This document shows, piece after piece, positions 46,407 to 55,849 of a stretch of DNA of 64,000 bases. Made by a program: the position numbers and the translations under genes. The number at the start of each line of letters is the position of its first letter. Within the stretch, counting starts at the first letter, position 1. The notes under the pieces were generated by a model, which worked only from the letters and a program-made list of their open reading frames with translations, was not told where the DNA came from and searched no databases. The stretch is taken from the NCBI GenBank assembly GCA_964540865.1, contig CAZION010000007.1, positions 17,130 through 81,129 of the forward strand, given 5' to 3'. Origin of the DNA: an uncultured Victivallis sp. (GTDB lineage: Bacteria; Verrucomicrobiota; Lentisphaeria; Victivallales; GWF2-50-93).

Positions 46407-48110
46407 TTATTTTCCCTGGTAAAGATATTCGCTGATGGCGATTGAAGAGTCCCGCATAAAACCGTAGGAGACGATCACAGTGCCAATATCGTCAGGGATA
46501 AGCAACTCCTCGTAGGGGTTGCTGGAAACCATGACGATGGGCTTGCCGTATTTCTTCAGACTGCGCACGAAGCTTTTGCCGGAGCATTTTTCACCGCGGG
46601 TGAAATTGGCTGTGACGACAATCTTGTCGATCTGGTCGATGATTGTCGCAATTCTCTTATGGCAGTCATCCGTGGTGCTATCTGTATAATCCACGTAGGC
46701 GACGTTCGGGGATCGCTTGAGCATGAATTCCCAGAGCATGCCGGGATGGTTCCAACTGTCGTTCTGCATCCTTTGGTTGAAAATCACGGTATCTACAACT
46801 AGGATATTCTCATCTTTCCTCAAAGGTAGAAGCTTGTCGTTGTCGCGGTGTACTCTGATGGTATTTCGTGCGGCCTTCAATCCGATATTGTGATACTCTG
46901 GATTCATCAGTTCTCCTTCAATGGCGCCGATATCAACCACTCCGCCGTTGACGAACAGGCCGTAATCGTACTTCAGCGACCAGATTCGGCGCAGTGACTG
47001 ATGGATCCGTTCCTCTCTGAGCCGTCCGGACTTGACCGCTTTGACTACGGATTCCAGCAACTCATAGCGTAGTACGTTCTCATCTTTGAGCAGTAGCAGG
47101 TCGACACCAGCCTCCAACGCCAACACGCAGGCCTCTCCAACACTGTACTTTGCCATCAGGCCGCCCATGGTCATGGAGTCGGTAGTGATGACGCCGTCGA
47201 AGCCGAACTCGTCACGGAGAATTCCCTGTATCATCCGCTTGGATACCGTGGCGATTTCCTCTGAAGGATCAAGCGTCGGGTATACTGAATGTGCAGGCAT
47301 TACAGCAGGAATCATTTTCTCTTTCGCCAGGACGCGGTAGGGCTCCAAGTGATAGCGGTACATGTCCTCACACTTGAGATTAATGGAGGAAAGCCCGAAA
47401 TGGGCGTCCTCTCCAGAGGGGCCGCGGCCGGGAAAATGTTTCAGGCAGCCTATCATGTTTGCGCGTTTCATTGCCTCCAGCATGGCGCGGGCGCAGTTGA
47501 TGCAGACATCTGTTTTTTCGCTGAAGGCGCGGGTATAGCATTCCGGATTGTTGGGGTTGGTATTAACGTCCACCACCGGACTCTGGTTTATGTCGAAGCC
47601 GATTGCCTTGAGCTGTCGGTTGACCACGAAGAATGTTTCGCGGATCAGATCCAGGTCGCCATGATGCCCAAACGCCATCGGAGCGGGTGTGGAGATCATG
47701 CCTTTTGGCAGATAGTTGCTGCCAGCGCCGCTTTCATAGTCAATTACCACATGCATGGGCAGCCCCAGTCCGCGGTGGGTGAACGCCATTGTCCGCAGAT
47801 CGTTGAGAGTAGCTGCGTACTCCTGGGGTGTTATGTACCAGGGATTGATGGACATGTCGAACTGCTTTTCTCGAAGAGATGGCGGACGGTTTACATTCTG
47901 GAATCCCGGCGAGCCATCCGGCAGATAACGCTTAAACTTGCGTGCAAGGATAGGAGAAGTGCGTAGTCCGCCCAGGCCGTACTTGCAGATGAATTCCTTC
48001 AGTTCCGGCTCCACGAACGTCCCGGTATACCCTAACACCATCAGCTGTGCTATTTTCTCCTCTAGCGTTAAGGCTCCTAATAGTTTATCAATAACTTGTT
48101 CCTTCGTCAC
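46407..48110 (-). CDS. GH3 beta-N-acetylhexosaminidase-like (NagZ-type) glycosidase or phosphorylase
   Basis: LTLEEKIAQL, PVVDVN.NP.NP, KHFPGRG-x4-DAH, MPAH, ITTDSM, GVDLLL; no signal peptide. Confidence 0.9.
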   Translation of the reverse strand: MTKEQVIDKLLGALTLEEKIAQLMVLGYTGTFVEPELKEFICKYGLGGLRTSPILARKFKRYLPDGSPGFQNVNRPPSLREKQFDMSINPWYITPQEYAATLNDLRTMAFTHRGLGLPMHVVIDYESGAGSNYLPKGMISTPAPMAFGHHGDLDLIRETFFVVNRQLKAIGFDINQSPVVDVNTNPNNPECYTRAFSEKTDVCINCARAMLEAMKRANMIGCLKHFPGRGPSGEDAHFGLSSINLKCEDMYRYHLEPYRVLAKEKMIPAVMPAHSVYPTLDPSEEIATVSKRMIQGILRDEFGFDGVITTDSMTMGGLMAKYSVGEACVLALEAGVDLLLLKDENVLRYELLESVVKAVKSGRLREERIHQSLRRIWSLKYDYGLFVNGGVVDIGAIEGELMNPEYHNIGLKAARNTIRVHRDNDKLLPLRKDENILVVDTVIFNQRMQNDSWNHPGMLWEFMLKRSPNVAYVDYTDSTTDDCHKRIATIIDQIDKIVVTANFTRGEKCSGKSFVRSLKKYGKPIVMVSSNPYEELLIPDDIGTVIVSYGFMRDSSIAISEYLYQGK

Positions 48111-48202
48111 GGCGGTGTTCCTTTATGTTTATTTATGAAGTATGTCTTTTAATAAACAAGCTACTTTGCATATAATTTTCTTATTCACAAACCTCTTCCG
48201 TG

Positions 48203-48312
48203 TGATTGCGATAGTCATTATATTAACCTGTATGATGATTATTGCAATCATAAAAATAATAAAACATGATTAACTTGATAATTGTATTGTCTTCGTTATA
48301 TTGTAACAATCA
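48203..48312. promoter_or_regulatory. Divergent promoter region with triple AATCA boxes facing the GH3 operon and two boxes facing aclB
   Basis: TGATT at 48203, 48236, 48267 (33/31 spacing); AATCA at 48246 and 48308 (62 apart); TTGCAA and TTGATA -35-like hexamers. Confidence 0.65.
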
Positions 48313-48383
48313 TCTGGAATAGTTCAATGAAAAATGATTAAAAGAAAACTCGATCGAATATTTTCTTCAATATCGGAGGTGCA

Positions 48384-49625
48384 TTGATGAGCGCAAAAAT
48401 AGGCGAACTGATTTTTCTGCAGCAACTTTCAAGAAGATTCAAGATCCCGTCTCCGGATTATGTTGTTGAACCGGTAAACCAGTCGGAGGTGAAGAGCAAG
48501 TTGCAGGAATGGGGGAGTGGAATAGTGAAACCCGACGTGCTTGCCGGGAAACGCGGCAAGGCGGGAACCGTCCATAAGGTCAGCGATTATCGCGAAGCCA
48601 TGCAGCTTCTGAAGAAAGTCGCGGCTACGGAGGTGGGCGGTTTGCAGCCCCGGACGGCATACATGGTACAAGCTGTCCCCGCGGACATGGAGCTTTTCAC
48701 AGCAATAACCTACAACTCCAGATTCCTCTCCCCATCTTTCACGGTTTCCCTCAAGGGCGGAGTTGAAGTTGAATCCATATCTGACTCCGAAAAAGTCACA
48801 ATTCCAGTCGACATCTTCCGCGGCCTGAACGCATATCAGGCATCGGAGGCATTGACCAAGCTCGGGCTGAAGGGCAAATTGAACTCCTCCATAGCGCGAT
48901 GCTTCGTGAACCAATGGGACATGTTCATTTCGACAGGCATGCAGTCGTGTGAAATAAATCCGTGGCGCGTTGCGAGGAATGAACAGATATTCGCCTGCGA
49001 CTTCAAGGCGACCTTCGATGAAAACAACTTCAAGTTCCGCGACATAGGGTTCCAGCTGCCGGAATACCCAAGCACCGAGGAGGCGCTTGATGAAGAAATG
49101 AGAGTATGGTCAGCCTCGAGCCATCAGGGGCAGGCGCATGTCTCAAGTCTTGGCGGGAAAAAAATACTTCCGATCCTGTTCGGCGGCGGAGCCAGCACCA
49201 TCATTATCGAAACCCTTGCGCAGTGCGGCGGAGATCCGATGTTCCTTTCTGATTTCGGCGGCAACCCTCCATATGACAGGATGAAGAAGACTGCTGAAAT
49301 ATGTTTCCGACACAAACTTGGCGATGCCTCTCTGCTGCTGATTCTCGGAGGCAAGGCCAACAATACACAGATAGATGTAACTTTTGCGGCAATCGCAGAT
49401 GCACTCGAGGAGTGGGTTTCCCAGCATGGTCATATTAGCATACCAGTAGTGATCGGACGCGGAGGACCAGGCCTTGTGCAAGGACTGGCGGTCATGAAGA
49501 AGACCCTTGAAAACCTGAATATGCCATATGTCTTTTTCGGACCAGACACACCGATAACCCTGGTTGCGGAATACGCGGCGAAACTGGCAAACTACAGTGA
49601 AGAGAAAGTTAAGGAGGGCAAATAA
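48384..49625 (+). CDS. aclB: ATP-citrate lyase beta subunit-like (ATP-grasp + citrate-binding domain)
   Basis: VKPD...GKRGKAG, EINP, GGGAS, FGGNP, GGKANNT (ACL GGIANFT loop), GRGGP; start probably ATG 48387. Confidence 0.8.
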   Translation: MMSAKIGELIFLQQLSRRFKIPSPDYVVEPVNQSEVKSKLQEWGSGIVKPDVLAGKRGKAGTVHKVSDYREAMQLLKKVAATEVGGLQPRTAYMVQAVPADMELFTAITYNSRFLSPSFTVSLKGGVEVESISDSEKVTIPVDIFRGLNAYQASEALTKLGLKGKLNSSIARCFVNQWDMFISTGMQSCEINPWRVARNEQIFACDFKATFDENNFKFRDIGFQLPEYPSTEEALDEEMRVWSASSHQGQAHVSSLGGKKILPILFGGGASTIIIETLAQCGGDPMFLSDFGGNPPYDRMKKTAEICFRHKLGDASLLLILGGKANNTQIDVTFAAIADALEEWVSQHGHISIPVVIGRGGPGLVQGLAVMKKTLENLNMPYVFFGPDTPITLVAEYAAKLANYSEEKVKEGK

Positions 49626-51701
49626 ATGAGAGCCAAATCTTTAAGCGACCTCTTGAAAAAAGGCGACCGTATAGCAGTATCGAACATCACCGGGCGGGAA
49701 GCGTCCAAGGTATCCATAGTCTCACAGCGCTACTGCCGCAACATAGTGGCTGGATGGGCGTTAGGCAAGGAAGGACAGACGCTGGAAGTGCCTGGGATGG
49801 GCACCATTCCGGTATTCGGACAGTTTGTGGAGCTCATTTCGGCTTTTCCTGCGGCGAAGAGACCTAACAAGATCATTGTCTATTCACCGCCTGATGCGGT
49901 ATATGGGGACGTAAAGGAAGTTGTGGAGCATGGCGCAGACTGCGTTGAGACGATCTTCGTCATAACAGAACACGTTTCAATCGAGGTGACAGCCAAATTG
50001 AAGTCACTCGCGGACAGTGCGGAGATAGATATCCTCGGATGCAACACGCTCGGCATCATAAATTCCATCGACCATGTCCGTATCGGAGCCGTGGGCGGTG
50101 ATTCACCCGATGAGACTTTTCAGAAGGGCAGTGTCTGCATAATGTCGAATTCCGGCAACATGGTTAACACGATTGCGACATATCTGAAGTCTGCCGGGAT
50201 GGGGATTTCCTACGGTATCTCCACGGGAAAGGATCCGCTCATCCTCACGCCTCTCAAGGAACTGCTGCCTCTTGCGATGAAAGATGCGCGCACCCAGATG
50301 ATCATCCTGTATGTCGAACCCGGCGGCGCCTATGAAGAGGAGGCCATGGCATATCTCAAGTCCCTTAAAAAGGTGAAGCCGGTGCTTGTATATGTCTCAG
50401 GGCGTTTCGCCGAAGGACGCGATATCAGCCTGGGACATGCGGGAGCGGTAGTTGAAGGCAAGGGAACGTCCGCTTCTGCAAAGATGGAGATGTTCGACGA
50501 TTATTTCGGTGTTCCCGTATTCGACCCTGATCAGACCAAGAAATTCACGGCGATGCTTTCTGAAAAAAGGAAAGGGGTCCGGGTAAATGCGCTCCATGAT
50601 TTTGTTCCTGCGACCATGGCGGTAACTGAAGCCTGCGGCATAAAAACAGATTTCTCACCCACCCACAAGATAGAACTCAAACCTTGGTTCATCAACTTTG
50701 GCGCCTTTGAACGGAGGCTCCCGCGTTCTTTGATCCTACATCCCGGAACTATTTTGGAACCTTACGGCACGCTGGTTGAGAGATATGTGAAGTCTGGTTT
50801 CGGAAGAATCCCAACCCGACAGGCAATGCGCAACGCATCTCATGCCTCCTCGAACGACGGGGTGACACCGCGCATATATGGTTATTCGGTTATGAACCTC
50901 ATGCGCAAAGGCTCGTTTGCGGAATCAGTACTTCTCTACTGGCTCGGAAATCCGCTCAAGCATGAGTTTGAACAAAAACTATTTGAAATGGGGCTTATCG
51001 CATCGCTCACAAACGGCCCGGGTACGATTTCCGGACAGGCGCCAAAGCTTTCCGCATCGGCCGGAAACACTCCGAATACTGCCATGATTGCAACGCTAGC
51101 ATCAATTGGAAATGTCCACGGCGGTAACGGGCAGGAAGCCGCAAAAATGCTGATCGATGTATTTGGGAAGAGCGGACTTGTCGATCCCTACAGCAAGTCA
51201 AAGGCGCCTGATCTTGATGCTATTGTCACCGAGTTCGTAAAAAAATTCAAGGAAAAGAAGGCGGTGGCGAAAGAAGCAGGTGTTGACTATGAAAAGGTTC
51301 CATGTCTCGGACATCCTGTGTTCAACAACGACGCAGTCAACTACGATCCGCGGGAAAGGGTTATCTTCGAATACATGGATGAGCATGAGATCTACAATGT
51401 GTTCCTGGATTTCTATCACCGGCTGACCCGTGGAATGACGGACGGGGGAGTGACCAACAAGGTGCATGCCGTCAATGTCGATGCCGCACTTGCCTGCATT
51501 CTCATGGGCATCGCATGGCCACTTCTAGTCGATAAGAAAATTACGGTTGAAAGGGCTGTCCAGCTGCCTTTCCTCGCATTTGCGCTCGGTCGTGTGGCTG
51601 GTGGAGCAGGCGAATATCTCGACCACCGTGAAAATGGAACAGACATGGACATGCGCATCCCCGTGAGCGAATGCATGTATCTCGGACGGATCAAGGACTA
51701 G
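49626..51701 (+). CDS. aclA: ATP-citrate lyase alpha subunit-like (CoA-binding + phospho-His ligase + citrate-synthase-like/citryl-CoA lyase domain)
   Basis: GCNTLG, SNSGNM, STGKD, E.GG..E, GHAGA, NGPGTISG, GNVHGG, LGHPV, DPR, NVDAA. Confidence 0.82.
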   Translation: MRAKSLSDLLKKGDRIAVSNITGREASKVSIVSQRYCRNIVAGWALGKEGQTLEVPGMGTIPVFGQFVELISAFPAAKRPNKIIVYSPPDAVYGDVKEVVEHGADCVETIFVITEHVSIEVTAKLKSLADSAEIDILGCNTLGIINSIDHVRIGAVGGDSPDETFQKGSVCIMSNSGNMVNTIATYLKSAGMGISYGISTGKDPLILTPLKELLPLAMKDARTQMIILYVEPGGAYEEEAMAYLKSLKKVKPVLVYVSGRFAEGRDISLGHAGAVVEGKGTSASAKMEMFDDYFGVPVFDPDQTKKFTAMLSEKRKGVRVNALHDFVPATMAVTEACGIKTDFSPTHKIELKPWFINFGAFERRLPRSLILHPGTILEPYGTLVERYVKSGFGRIPTRQAMRNASHASSNDGVTPRIYGYSVMNLMRKGSFAESVLLYWLGNPLKHEFEQKLFEMGLIASLTNGPGTISGQAPKLSASAGNTPNTAMIATLASIGNVHGGNGQEAAKMLIDVFGKSGLVDPYSKSKAPDLDAIVTEFVKKFKEKKAVAKEAGVDYEKVPCLGHPVFNNDAVNYDPRERVIFEYMDEHEIYNVFLDFYHRLTRGMTDGGVTNKVHAVNVDAALACILMGIAWPLLVDKKITVERAVQLPFLAFALGRVAGGAGEYLDHRENGTDMDMRIPVSECMYLGRIKD

Positions 51702-51719
51702 AAAATTAAAATAAAGGGT

Positions 51720-52946
51720 GTGGAAATGGTCAAGAGGATAAGCACGAAGAATGTAATTGTGGAAATGGACGGCGATGAAATGACGCGTGTCATGTGGAAA
51801 ATGATTAAGGAGAAGCTAATTGCCACGAACGTGGACGTAAAAACCGAGTACTACGATCTTGGACTGAAGAAGCGTGATGAGACCGATGACAAAATCACTC
51901 TAGATGCCGCTGAAGCCATAAAGATGCATGGGGTTGGCGTGAAGTGCGCGACCATCACTCCCGACAAGAACCGCGTCAGGGAATACAATCTCAAACAGGA
52001 ATGGAAGTCGCCAAACGGCACCATAAGGGCGCAGCTTGACGGGACGGTTTTCCGCAAGCCCATACTGGTGAAAAACATAAAGCCCGGAGTCCGTACATGG
52101 ACTAAACCCATCATCGTCGGCAGGCATGCCTACGGCGACGTGTATAAGAACACCGAGTTTAAGGTGCCGGGGCCGGGCAAGGCCGAACTTGTCTATACTG
52201 ACAGTTCAGGCAAGGAGCTGTTCCGCGGGACCATCCATGATTTCAAGAAGGGTGGCGGAGTCATACAGGGCACGCACAACACCGACAGTTCAATCAGGAG
52301 CTTTGCCAAGGCCTGCATGGAATATTCCCTCGATCAGAAAGTTGACCTCTGGTTCGGGGCAAAAGACACGATTTCAAAGACGTACGACGGGACTTTCCGC
52401 GATATTTTTACGGACGTCTTTGATAAGGAGTACAAGGATAATTTCGCAAAGGCAGGCATACAGTTCAATTTCACGCTCATAGATGACACTGTGGCCCGGA
52501 TAATGAAATCCGAGGGCGGCATGCTCTGGGCCTGCAAGAATTATGACGGCGATGTGATGTCCGACATGGTGGCGTCGGCCTTCGGCTCCCTTGCAATGAT
52601 GACCTCCGTCCTGGTATCTCCGAACGGCTGGATCGAGTATGAGGCGGCCCATGGCACTGTCCAGAGGCACTACTACAAGCATCTCAAGGGAGAGGAGACT
52701 TCATCGAACTGCATGGCCACTCTCTTTGCCTGGACAGGCGCAATCAGCAAACGCGGCGAGCTGGATGGAACACAGGACATAGTTGCTTTTGCCGGCTGTC
52801 TGGAAAAGGCGGCGCTTGACACAGTGGAAAACGGAATTATGACCGGAGATCTGGCGAAACTTGCCGATCCCCAGGCAAAGAAAATATGTAACACTGAAGT
52901 TTTCATTGATGAAATAGCAAAGAAATTAAATAGCCTCTGGAAATGA
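51720..52946 (+). CDS. icd: NADP-dependent isocitrate dehydrogenase (eukaryote-like/type II)
   Basis: [53 protein letters not shown]. Confidence 0.97.
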   Translation: MEMVKRISTKNVIVEMDGDEMTRVMWKMIKEKLIATNVDVKTEYYDLGLKKRDETDDKITLDAAEAIKMHGVGVKCATITPDKNRVREYNLKQEWKSPNGTIRAQLDGTVFRKPILVKNIKPGVRTWTKPIIVGRHAYGDVYKNTEFKVPGPGKAELVYTDSSGKELFRGTIHDFKKGGGVIQGTHNTDSSIRSFAKACMEYSLDQKVDLWFGAKDTISKTYDGTFRDIFTDVFDKEYKDNFAKAGIQFNFTLIDDTVARIMKSEGGMLWACKNYDGDVMSDMVASAFGSLAMMTSVLVSPNGWIEYEAAHGTVQRHYYKHLKGEETSSNCMATLFAWTGAISKRGELDGTQDIVAFAGCLEKAALDTVENGIMTGDLAKLADPQAKKICNTEVFIDEIAKKLNSLWK

Positions 52947-52987
52947 CATTGGGATAAATCTGGAAAGTGGAGGCAATATAACAATAA

Positions 52988-55585
52988 ATGAAAATTATTA
53001 ATCCTAAAACCTTATTTATTCTTTTATTCTCTCTGCATGCTGTTTTATTTGCCGAGGACAATTCTAGGCAGGAAGCCTCAATTGAACTTAAAGCATGGGG
53101 TGTTCCCGACAAGACTGTCACCGACCCGGCAGGTCAAGCAAATATAAGGATAGTCAAGGAGTTCCAGAGACTCCATCCAAGTATCCAGCTTGTTCCTGCC
53201 ACCGGTCTGACGATGCCGAACCGCAGCATGGACACTGTACCGCTAATGCAAATAGCCGGCGACATATCCCCGGCTGTGATTTATGTGAACTTCCGCCAGT
53301 CCAGCACCTACATTAATCAGAAATTCCTTTCCGCACTGGACAAATATCTTGAGAAAGCCTCCGGTACAGATGTGCAGGACGGCCACCTTATGGAAACGGC
53401 ACAGTATCTGACCGCCTTGCGCAAGGGGAAGCAATATGCCACTGATTTCGAAGAACGTATCCCGGCGCAATGCTGGGAAGTGATCCGCAGGGAATGCCCC
53501 TACGGTGTATCCTGTCCATATGTAAAGGTATGGAAGGCGACGCCTGCAGCCAGGCATTGCCATGTCTGGTCACTGCCGCAGAACCAGGTGGTGACGGCTT
53601 TGTTCTATCGCAAGGATCTATTTGCAGAGGCTGGCCTGCCAAACCGCGTGCCGGAAAGCATGGATGAATTTTTGGACTGGGCCCGCAAGATCCACAATCC
53701 CAAGAAGAATGTATACGGGGTTTTCCTGCAAGGAACGGGTGGGCGAGCGACACTGAGCTTCTTCTATTCCTGTGGAGCCCGTGTAGTTGAGCGTGACAGC
53801 AAAGGGAAGTGGCGTTGTGTTTTCAATTCGCCGGAAGCTGTGGAGGCATATTACTATGTTGCAAGAATGTTTCTGGAACCGTTTGAAAACAAGTTTGGCA
53901 AGTTCGCTGGGGTAGTCAATCTCGGCGAACTTAATGCTTCCATCCGTTATGCCATGTATTTTGCCTACCTGGATCATAAATCATTCCAAAGGTCATCGCA
54001 GCAGATAGATCCGAACATAGTCAATTTTGGTCCTGTCCCAAAAGGGCCGACGGGGCTGCGAGGCAGCGAATTTAACGCCCAGATGACTGGCATTTACGCC
54101 GGTTTCGACAAGGATGTCTGGATGCGCGACGCCGCCTGGGAATGGATGAAGTTCTACGGTGGTAATGAAGCCAATATTATTCAGGCGAAGATTTTTGTGG
54201 AGAATGGCCTTGGCCGTTTTGTGCAGGCCAGTCTGCTTGAGAAGGCAGGCTACTCCGAATTCGTCAACAATATCCCCGCTGGATGGACGGAGGCTTCACA
54301 GGAGGCGCTCAAAGACGGTGTTCCAGAGCCTTATGGAAGCAACTGCCAAATGGTCTACGCCTACATGGATCAATCTGTGGACCAGATCCGCACCGATGAT
54401 GAAGTGAAGCGCTGCATTGAAGCAAAAGATGGGACGGGAGCCAGGAGGAGAATACAGGAAATCCTGAATGTACGTGTTGAAATGGCAAATCAGAAGATGC
54501 TGAATATTCTGCCGGAAAACGTGCGCAAGTTTCGGTCGCGCGCCGCCGCTGCCGTGGCCATCTTCATATTTGTTGCTTTCGTACTGGCGCTGATCAAGGT
54601 ATTCAGAACTTTTGCCCGGAGCATGGTGCGCAGTGATGCGGACCGTGCGCGCGGGGACTGGCAGTTCGGCCGAAATAAATTGGCCTACGTAATTCTGATC
54701 CCTGCCATTCTCAGCATTGCAGTCTGGAGCTACTGGCCTCTTATGCGCGGTACGGCCATGGCCTTCCAGGACTACAATGTCCGAGGATTCAGCACATGGG
54801 TGGGATTTGAAAACTTCGCGACCGTTCTCTTTAGCGATGAATTCTGGTATGCCCTGTTCATTTCTCTGAAATATACGCTGCTCTTCATGACTTTCGGTTT
54901 TATCGCGCCGATTTTCCTAGCCCTATTGCTGGCTGAAGTTCCCAAGGGCAAGATCTTCTACCGGACCATCTATTATCTGCCGGCGATGCTTTCCGGCGTA
55001 ATTGTTATTTTCCTCTGGAAGGGCTTCTACGGGCAGCATGGCATGATCAATCAAATATTGAACTATGGAGCGATTGCCATCAATAACATCTGCGGCACGA
55101 AAATAACGGAATTCACGACTGTATGGCTAACTTCCCCGAGTTTCGCACTGGTTTTCTGCCTTCTGCCCTCCATCTGGGCGGGAATGGGGCCCGGTTGCCT
55201 AATCTATCTTGCGGCTCTGAAGGGGATTCCGGATGACCTGTACGAGTCTGCGGACATTGACGGAGCCGGTGCGGCTCAGAAGGTCTGGTACATAGCGGTT
55301 CCATCCATCAAAGCGCTGATCTCTATCAATTTCGTGGGTGCCGCGATCGGGTGCATGCAAAGCGGAAGCTCTTTCATACTTGCAATGACAGGCGGCGGAC
55401 CGTATACGCCATATGGAGAAACTGAAGTCATAGGCCTGCATATTTTCTGGGAGGCGTTCGGATACCTGCGCTTTGGTGTCGCCACGGCAATGGCTTGGGT
55501 CCTCGGGGCCATCCTCATCGGCTTCACCGTCCAGCAGCTTCAGAAACTCAGCAAAATGGAATTCAAGGCGGCGGGGGGGAAGTGA
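52988..55585 (+). CDS. Carbohydrate ABC transporter: solute-binding domain fused to a MalF-type permease
   Basis: Signal peptide; SBP_bac_1 motifs (LFYRKDLF.EAG...P...DE); then TM domain with GFENF, YRTIYYLP and EAA loop IPDDLYESADIDGAG. Confidence 0.88.
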   Translation: MKIINPKTLFILLFSLHAVLFAEDNSRQEASIELKAWGVPDKTVTDPAGQANIRIVKEFQRLHPSIQLVPATGLTMPNRSMDTVPLMQIAGDISPAVIYVNFRQSSTYINQKFLSALDKYLEKASGTDVQDGHLMETAQYLTALRKGKQYATDFEERIPAQCWEVIRRECPYGVSCPYVKVWKATPAARHCHVWSLPQNQVVTALFYRKDLFAEAGLPNRVPESMDEFLDWARKIHNPKKNVYGVFLQGTGGRATLSFFYSCGARVVERDSKGKWRCVFNSPEAVEAYYYVARMFLEPFENKFGKFAGVVNLGELNASIRYAMYFAYLDHKSFQRSSQQIDPNIVNFGPVPKGPTGLRGSEFNAQMTGIYAGFDKDVWMRDAAWEWMKFYGGNEANIIQAKIFVENGLGRFVQASLLEKAGYSEFVNNIPAGWTEASQEALKDGVPEPYGSNCQMVYAYMDQSVDQIRTDDEVKRCIEAKDGTGARRRIQEILNVRVEMANQKMLNILPENVRKFRSRAAAAVAIFIFVAFVLALIKVFRTFARSMVRSDADRARGDWQFGRNKLAYVILIPAILSIAVWSYWPLMRGTAMAFQDYNVRGFSTWVGFENFATVLFSDEFWYALFISLKYTLLFMTFGFIAPIFLALLLAEVPKGKIFYRTIYYLPAMLSGVIVIFLWKGFYGQHGMINQILNYGAIAINNICGTKITEFTTVWLTSPSFALVFCLLPSIWAGMGPGCLIYLAALKGIPDDLYESADIDGAGAAQKVWYIAVPSIKALISINFVGAAIGCMQSGSSFILAMTGGGPYTPYGETEVIGLHIFWEAFGYLRFGVATAMAWVLGAILIGFTVQQLQKLSKMEFKAAGGK

Positions 55586-55589
55586 GGGG

Positions 55590-55760
55590 GAAGTTCGAAA
55601 ATGCGAAAGTTCTAAAGTGCGAGAGTTGGTGGAAGTGACCGAGTGACCGAGTGACAGTGGGCAGAGGGCAGTGGAGTGAATCGGAGAGCCGGAGAATCGG
55701 AGAGGGGGGAACGACCAGTGACCAGTTGAGAAAAGTAGAATTTAGAAAGTAGAAAACTCG
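55590..55760. repeat. Purine-rich mosaic of short 7-8-nt tandem repeats between the two permease genes
   Basis: gtgaccga x2.6, atcggaga/ccggaga, gaccagt x2, aagtagaa x2. Confidence 0.7.
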
Positions 55761-55849
55761 GGGAGTCCTAAAATTCCAGGGTTAGGATAAGAAAATTTTT
55801 CCGGAACGGAAAAATTAACAAGGAAATACGTTAAAGCGGAAGGGGAGAG

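Noticed and set aside
48384-51701. Succinyl-CoA synthetase sucCD
   Set aside because: The alpha chain carries a C-terminal citrate-synthase-like domain and the beta chain has the ACL-type AN.T loop and RGGP
48384-52946. Evidence of autotrophic reverse TCA cycle
   Set aside because: No OGOR, PFOR or fumarate reductase in the window and the context is saccharolytic; cannot be claimed from this window
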